This document shows positions 58,808 through 64,000 of a stretch of DNA of 64,000 nucleotides, piece by piece. Location: contig JAZKHM010000011.1 in the NCBI GenBank assembly GCA_040385405.1, positions 50,919-114,918 on the forward strand, read 5' to 3'. The notes beneath the pieces are model-generated. The model worked only from the letters and a program-made list of their open reading frames with translations. It made no database searches and was not told the origin of the DNA. The translations under genes were made by a program, and so were the position numbers. Numbering within the stretch: position 1 is the first letter of the stretch; each line of letters opens with the position of its first letter. The DNA comes from Bacteroidota bacterium (GTDB lineage: Bacteria; Bacteroidota; Bacteroidia; Sphingobacteriales; Sphingobacteriaceae).

Positions 58808-59848
58808 ATGAAGTCTGCAAACAGACGATTTCCTGCCGAATGGGAAAAGCAGCAGGGTATTTTACTTTGTTTTCCTCACAGTGGAAAAGACTGGCCTGGG
58901 AAATTTGAAGCCATTAAATGGGATTTCGTTGAATTCATTAAAAAGATCAGTTTAAGCGAACAGGTTTTTCTTATAGTTGCAGACCAAAAGCAACAGGAAA
59001 ATGTGAATGAAATGCTCACCGCCGCACATGTGGATCTCAAAAAGGTTCAGTTTATTGTTCATAAAACAAACAGGAGCTGGATGAGGGATTCTGGTCCTAT
59101 CGTCGTTGAAAATGATGGTAAAAGAGAGGCCCTGAATTTCAACTTTAACGGATGGGCTAAATATAAAAACTATCAGCTCGACAAATATGTTCCGGCCAAA
59201 GTCGCTGCGGCGCTGAAACTTCCATTAACCCAGGTAATGTATAAAGGAAAGCCGGTTATTCTCGAAGGCGGCGCTATTGATGTAAACGGAAAGGGAACTT
59301 TGTTAACCTCAGAAGAATGCCTGATGCATCCCACCATCCAGGTTAGAAATCCAGGTTTCACTAAGATTGATTACGAGGCAATATTCCGGGAATATCTGGG
59401 AATTTCCAACACTATCTGGCTCCGCGACGGCATTGAAGGTGATGATACCCACGGGCATATTGATGATCTGTGCCGATTTGTCAATGAAGATACAATAATT
59501 ACAGTTGTAGAATCTGATCCGAAATCGAAAAACTATGCCTCATTGCAGGAAAACCTTAAAATATTGCAGACTGCAAAGCTGGAGAGCGGAAAAAAGCCAA
59601 AGATCGTCATACTGCCAATGCCCCAAAAACTGGAGTTTGAAAATCTCAGCCTTCCTGCGAGTTATGCAAACTTTCTGATTCTTAATAATTGCGTTCTGGT
59701 TCCAACCTTCAACGATCCAAACGACAGGCATGCCCTGAACATCATTGCAGAATGTTTCCCCGACCGCGAGATAGTTCCCGTTAATGCAATCGATCTCATC
59801 TGGGGATTTGGGACATTGCATTGTTTGTCGCAGCAGATTCCTGCGTAG
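58808..59848 (+). CDS. aguA: Agmatine deiminase
   Basis: PAEWE, WMRDSGP, FNGW, LEGGAIDVNG, DDTHGHID, ASYANF, GTLHCLSQQ. Confidence 0.92.
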   Translation: MKSANRRFPAEWEKQQGILLCFPHSGKDWPGKFEAIKWDFVEFIKKISLSEQVFLIVADQKQQENVNEMLTAAHVDLKKVQFIVHKTNRSWMRDSGPIVVENDGKREALNFNFNGWAKYKNYQLDKYVPAKVAAALKLPLTQVMYKGKPVILEGGAIDVNGKGTLLTSEECLMHPTIQVRNPGFTKIDYEAIFREYLGISNTIWLRDGIEGDDTHGHIDDLCRFVNEDTIITVVESDPKSKNYASLQENLKILQTAKLESGKKPKIVILPMPQKLEFENLSLPASYANFLILNNCVLVPTFNDPNDRHALNIIAECFPDREIVPVNAIDLIWGFGTLHCLSQQIPA

Positions 59849-59956
59849 TATCAGGTATCAAGACTGTATAGATTAACCGATGACTATTCTCTTTATGGTA
59901 AAAGTCATAAGCATTACTTAGAAACGGCGATCGATTTTTCCAGGCCGAAAAGCATC

Positions 59957-61117
59957 TTACAACAGTAAACTATCGATCCTGTGCGCATGCACCATATTCT
60001 CACAAGGCGACCAGGTAAAGATCGTAAAAATACCATCCTGCGAAGCAACCAGCGCTACTGCATCCTTTTGATCGTGTACAAATTGTGCGGCTGACATATG
60101 CCTCGTTCCTCCGCTCATTGCGGGATTAACAATAACCCCTCCGCCACCAATTATGGGTTCGGTTACAAGCACACGTTCTACTCTGGGACTTCCCTCGGTA
60201 CGGCCTATCTTCGCTCCGAATGCGAGTACTTCATGCCTGTCGGTTATGACAGTTGCTCCGTCAATTGCAGTCAGTCCGGCGATGCTGTCGATTTCCCGGC
60301 TTAATTCTCCCTGCCAAATACCATTACTCCAATTTTTTATATCCTGTTTCATCAGATCGGAAAGACCGGAAAAGGCTGGAGAGATCGAATACTTCATCGG
60401 ATGAATAATCGACTCTTTCCATGTTTCACTGCCGGAAGGGACAACCAGCAGAGATCCCCCGTGCTTATGAGCTCTCATGGAAGTGGCGATCTGGATCAGC
60501 ACATTTACTGAGTGGTCTGGCGATGCAGATGTGAATCCGAGTAAAGACGTTAATAATAAAGGACAATCCGGGAGATTTCGGCTGCTTTCATCAACAACTT
60601 TTACCTGGTCGCCAGTTAACACAACGATATTAGTGAATTTTCCAAAACCGTTTGAGCGACGGTGCTTAATCACCAAAAGTCCTGGTTCCGAAACATCCAG
60701 GACAAAACAGTAGTTCGGGATTTTATGGGTAGTACCCCAAATGTATAAACCATCCTGGTCATACCATACTCCTAAGTGAACACCAGGCCGTTCGACTCCG
60801 GGGCCAAGTTTTGTAAGAACATTCGGGCTGAATGTAAGTTTGTTCTCGAAACGTAAGGGCAATCCCGCCTGTTCGGGAGATAAGAAAGCAATAGAAATCT
60901 TGGGCGAATTACCTTCCTCCCTTCTAAGACTGGCCCAAAATGCCGTGTCCAAAATTTGTTCGACATGGTTTGTTGAAGGAACAGAAGCCATGTCCGTTTC
61001 TCCTTTCGCAAGAGCCTGGTCAAGATGTTGTGTGAATATGGTTACAACCGTATCCGCCACAACTGCCGCCGCTTTATAAGTAGACTCGCTGGATGTAGTA
61101 TTTACCTGGGTCATCAT
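59957..61117 (-). CDS. Sensor-domain (DACNV-type) protein with a C-terminal diadenylate-cyclase (DisA_N) fold
   Basis: FWASLRREEG N-terminal segment; HGGSLLVV, IDGATVI (DGA), GGTRHMSA (RHR variant), ASQDG. Confidence 0.72.
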   Translation of the reverse strand: MMTQVNTTSSESTYKAAAVVADTVVTIFTQHLDQALAKGETDMASVPSTNHVEQILDTAFWASLRREEGNSPKISIAFLSPEQAGLPLRFENKLTFSPNVLTKLGPGVERPGVHLGVWYDQDGLYIWGTTHKIPNYCFVLDVSEPGLLVIKHRRSNGFGKFTNIVVLTGDQVKVVDESSRNLPDCPLLLTSLLGFTSASPDHSVNVLIQIATSMRAHKHGGSLLVVPSGSETWKESIIHPMKYSISPAFSGLSDLMKQDIKNWSNGIWQGELSREIDSIAGLTAIDGATVITDRHEVLAFGAKIGRTEGSPRVERVLVTEPIIGGGGVIVNPAMSGGTRHMSAAQFVHDQKDAVALVASQDGIFTIFTWSPCENMVHAHRIDSLLL

Positions 61118-61137
61118 TATTTTATTAAGCGGCAGAT

Positions 61138-62175
61138 TTATGATCTAATATACACTTCATTTTTTTTGATTTGTAACTCTGAAAGTATCTTGTAGGATTT
61201 CACCCTTGCGTCATGATCGAAGATCATAGATGCAGCCATAATTTCGTCCGCACGTGTTTCATCTGCAAAAGCCTGCAACTTAGCTTTAACTGTTTCGGCG
61301 GAACCAACAAAAGTATAGCTCAGCATTTGCTGTGTGGCATACCGTTCCGCCTCATTCCAGAGAGCGTCCATATTATCAACCGGGGGCTGTAGCGTTGTTC
61401 TGGTTCCTTTGATAATATTCAGAAAAGCCATATAGAGGGAAGTTGCAATTCGCTGAGCTTCTGTATCAGTATCAGCAGTAATAACATTCACGCAAGCCAT
61501 GGCGTATGGCTCTTTAAGTACTTCGGAAGGCCGGAAGCTGTCTCTATAGACTTGCAGAGCAGTAAAAAGAAGATTGGGAGCGAAATGACTCGCAAATGAG
61601 AAAGGCAGGCCGAGTATTCCCGCAAGCTGGGCACTATACGTACTGGAACCCAAAAGCCATATGGGTATATCCAGGCCCTCCCCAGGTATAGCTCTTACGC
61701 GCGCACGGGCGTTGTCTGCCGACAAATATTCCCTGAGTTCGGCTAAGTTCTGCGCGAAATCTTCACCCGCACCCTCAATATTACGTCGCAGTGCCATCGC
61801 GGTCAGCTGATCTGTCCCTGGTGCCCTTCCCAGTCCGAGATCAATTCGTCCTGGAAATATCGATTCCAGCGTTCCAAACTGTTCAGCAATTACCAATGGT
61901 GCGTGGTTTGGAAGCATTATCCCGCCTGATCCCACCCGGATCGTGGACGTACCAGCAGCTACATATGATATCAGAATGGACGTAGCGGAACTTGCGATAC
62001 CGGCCATATTATGATGCTCTGCCATCCAGTAACGCTTATATCCAAAGCGTTCAGCATTTTGAGCCAGATCCAGTGTATTTTTAAAAGAATCAGCAGGGGT
62101 TTTGCCTGAAACTACCGGGACCAAATCCAAAACAGACAGGGTCAGAGGCTTATTATCATCTGAAATTTTTACCAT
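61138..62175 (-). CDS. LLM-class flavin-dependent oxidoreductase (luciferase-like, YhbW group)
   Basis: [39 protein letters not shown]. Confidence 0.93.
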   Translation of the reverse strand: MVKISDDNKPLTLSVLDLVPVVSGKTPADSFKNTLDLAQNAERFGYKRYWMAEHHNMAGIASSATSILISYVAAGTSTIRVGSGGIMLPNHAPLVIAEQFGTLESIFPGRIDLGLGRAPGTDQLTAMALRRNIEGAGEDFAQNLAELREYLSADNARARVRAIPGEGLDIPIWLLGSSTYSAQLAGILGLPFSFASHFAPNLLFTALQVYRDSFRPSEVLKEPYAMACVNVITADTDTEAQRIATSLYMAFLNIIKGTRTTLQPPVDNMDALWNEAERYATQQMLSYTFVGSAETVKAKLQAFADETRADEIMAASMIFDHDARVKSYKILSELQIKKNEVYIRS

Positions 62176-62363
62176 TTTATCCTCCCAATTAGCCTGAGAT
62201 TACGTTCAGGAATTTTCGATAAAATTAAGGTTTAGGTAGTCATAAAGCCTAAACCCGGTATAATTTGAAAGTCACAATAAATAGTGTTGATTGTCAATTT
62301 TTCTGAAAGTCTGCCTGTGCAGAATGGCTGTTCTCGTATTACACTTGAATCAGACCTCCGGCA

Positions 62364-62962
62364 TCAATACCATGTATTCGGCGCCGCGGGTTTCTCTCTG
62401 CTCTCCGCTTCAATCGGCTTAGCCGCCCTGTTTTTATTTACTTCTGATGGCCTTATCCCGGGCCTGGTAACAATTTCCATTGCAGGTGATTCTTCCGGCA
62501 TTATGTATGTCAGAAAAGCGGGTTCGTCTACTGCTGTTGGAGGAAGCCTGTTTTCTACCTTTTCCAGTAGCTCACGCTCATCTAAATTGGCCTCAACCCG
62601 TATCGAACCGTTTATCACAGCCCCCGCTTCAATTGATATAGCGGCTGCTTTGATGTGGCCGCTTATTACGGCAGTACTTTTATATCAGCAAACTCCATGG
62701 AGATAATATCTCCATAAACTTTGCCACTTATCGACGCAGTTCGTGAAGTAACCTTCCCTGAAATTTCAGCAGTACCGGCAACAATGACTTCTTTCAACGA
62801 ATATATATTACCCTTCAATACTTCATCAAGAACAATAGAACTTGTTGAAATAAAATTATCATCCACACGAATTATGGTGGTATGAAAATTTGCAATAACC
62901 TCCTGCCGGCGGTGCTTCTTATCAAGGAACTTCTGAATAAAATTTACTGCCTTTTTTATCAT
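62364..62962 (-). pseudogene. Bactofilin (polymer-forming cytoskeletal protein) with a frameshift in an A-run
   Basis: Frame 1 ...GKVYGDIISMEFADIK stops at 62666. The adjacent frame continues TAVISGHIKAAAISIEAGAVINGSI... to 62364. One extra A in ATAAAAG (about 62678-62681) restores DIKSTAV. Confidence 0.78.
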
Positions 62963-63030
62963 TCTGTTATTGCGGTTACCACTGTTATTCCATTCCCAAT
63001 ATCCAGCCCGACGGACAAGTTCAAGACTGC

Positions 63031-63345
63031 ATTATTACAGGAAAGATAGAATCTGACGTATTTGTCAGGATTGATGGCCATATAAAAGGCGATCTTTTTA
63101 TCGGCGAAGGATTGATCGTCGGTGAAGATGGATTGATTGATGGCAATATCAGCACGCGTGACATCGTTGTTTATGGTACTGTGAACGGCACGGTTAAAGC
63201 TGAGTCCATCGAATTCAAAAGTTCGGGGAAAATATTTGGTGAGATTCAGACTAAAGCCTTACAGGTCGAGCGTGGCGCTGTCTATACCGGAATGGTAAGC
63301 ATGTCTGGAGAGGCTACGGTTGAAAAACTTGTTGCGGTCAGGTAA
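63031..63345 (+). CDS. Bactofilin, 5' end unresolved
   Basis: IITGKIESDVFVRIDGHIKGDL...IVGEDGLIDGNI...VYGTVNG...GAVYTG. The frame is open from 62941, but there is no ATG/GTG/TTG before TTG 63112, which lies inside the domain. Confidence 0.75.
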   Translation: MITGKIESDVFVRIDGHIKGDLFIGEGLIVGEDGLIDGNISTRDIVVYGTVNGTVKAESIEFKSSGKIFGEIQTKALQVERGAVYTGMVSMSGEATVEKLVAVR

Positions 63346-63538
63346 TAAGTTAGTTGTTAGAACAAAATCGTTTAGACCGTAATGATTATGTACAGGTTAA
63401 CAAATCCAAAAGTATTTAACATTTTACATCCACAGGACTTTTTTTAACAGATATTTGCCGCAAATGACTTCGTCTTAGAGACAATAAACAACCGGATCGG
63501 GTTAATTGGATCTAAAACTATATACTTATTGTTAACTC

Positions 63539-64000
63539 ATGAAATTTAGAACTCTAATAATTTCCGCATCAGTCTGCTTTTCGTTATCAGTGACTGCCCA
63601 ACAGAAAAAACCCAATATTCCTGTACAAAACGCGTTATCGAGACCAAAACTGGTTGTCGGCATCATGGTGGATCAAATGCGATGGGACTTTTTGTACCGC
63701 TTTTATGAACGCTATGGAAGCGGAGGTTTTAAGAGAATGCTTAATGAAGGATTTTCGGCGGAAAACACTTATATCAATTATCTTCCCAGCGTAACTGGCG
63801 CAGGACACGCAACAGTTTACACTGGTTCAGTACCAGCAATTCATGGTATCGCAGGGAATGATTTTATCGTTCAGGCCACGGGTAAAATCTTGTATTGTGC
63901 TGAAGACAGCACAGTATCGACTGTAGGAAGCGGCAGTGTTGCCGCAGGGCGGATGTCGCCCCGCAATATGCTTACCACTACCATGACTGATGAACTTAGG
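63539..64000 (+). CDS. pafA: Alkaline phosphatase, PafA type (3' end runs off the window)
   Basis: Manual translation MKFRTL...RPKLVVGIMVDQMRWDFL...SVTGAGHATVYTG...HGIAGN; catalytic Thr motif. Confidence 0.88.
   Translation, partial: MKFRTLIISASVCFSLSVTAQQKKPNIPVQNALSRPKLVVGIMVDQMRWDFLYRFYERYGSGGFKRMLNEGFSAENTYINYLPSVTGAGHATVYTGSVPAIHGIAGNDFIVQATGKILYCAEDSTVSTVGSGSVAAGRMSPRNMLTTTMTDELR

Noticed and set aside
62284-62706. 140-aa plus-strand ORF
   Set aside because: Antisense to the frameshifted bactofilin, whose beta-helix repeats explain the region.

Overview
Chromosomal window from a Bacteroidota bacterium, most consistent with Sphingobacteriaceae (TAnnTTTG promoters, ECF/FecR/SusC-type locus, PafA-type phosphatase, protein style). 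It is mostly housekeeping and metabolic: murB (partial), crtZ, lpdA, sucAB, a DASH cryptochrome, a MarR-led beta-oxidation operon, ggt, an acyl-CoA ligase, M1 and M61 peptidases, an RND efflux trio, dinB, aguBA and pafA (partial). Accessory content comprises a complete six-gene eboA-F operon, an ECF-FecR pair whose SusC is reduced to a stub, a stress-gene cluster sharing an AAC-N16-TGT promoter-like motif, a divergent diadenylate-cyclase-fold protein and two damaged-looking bactofilin genes. The most striking unexplained structure is a set of degenerate 7-nt tandem arrays that start right at stop codons. Several have an inverted partner array just before the next gene. Two such pairs enclose four-helix-bundle (IVP/bAvd-like) genes inside the beta-oxidation operon and two pairs enclose only a short spacer. 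No rRNA, tRNA, CRISPR array, transposase or prophage was recognised. All calls come from reading the sequence and motifs by eye; no database searches were run.
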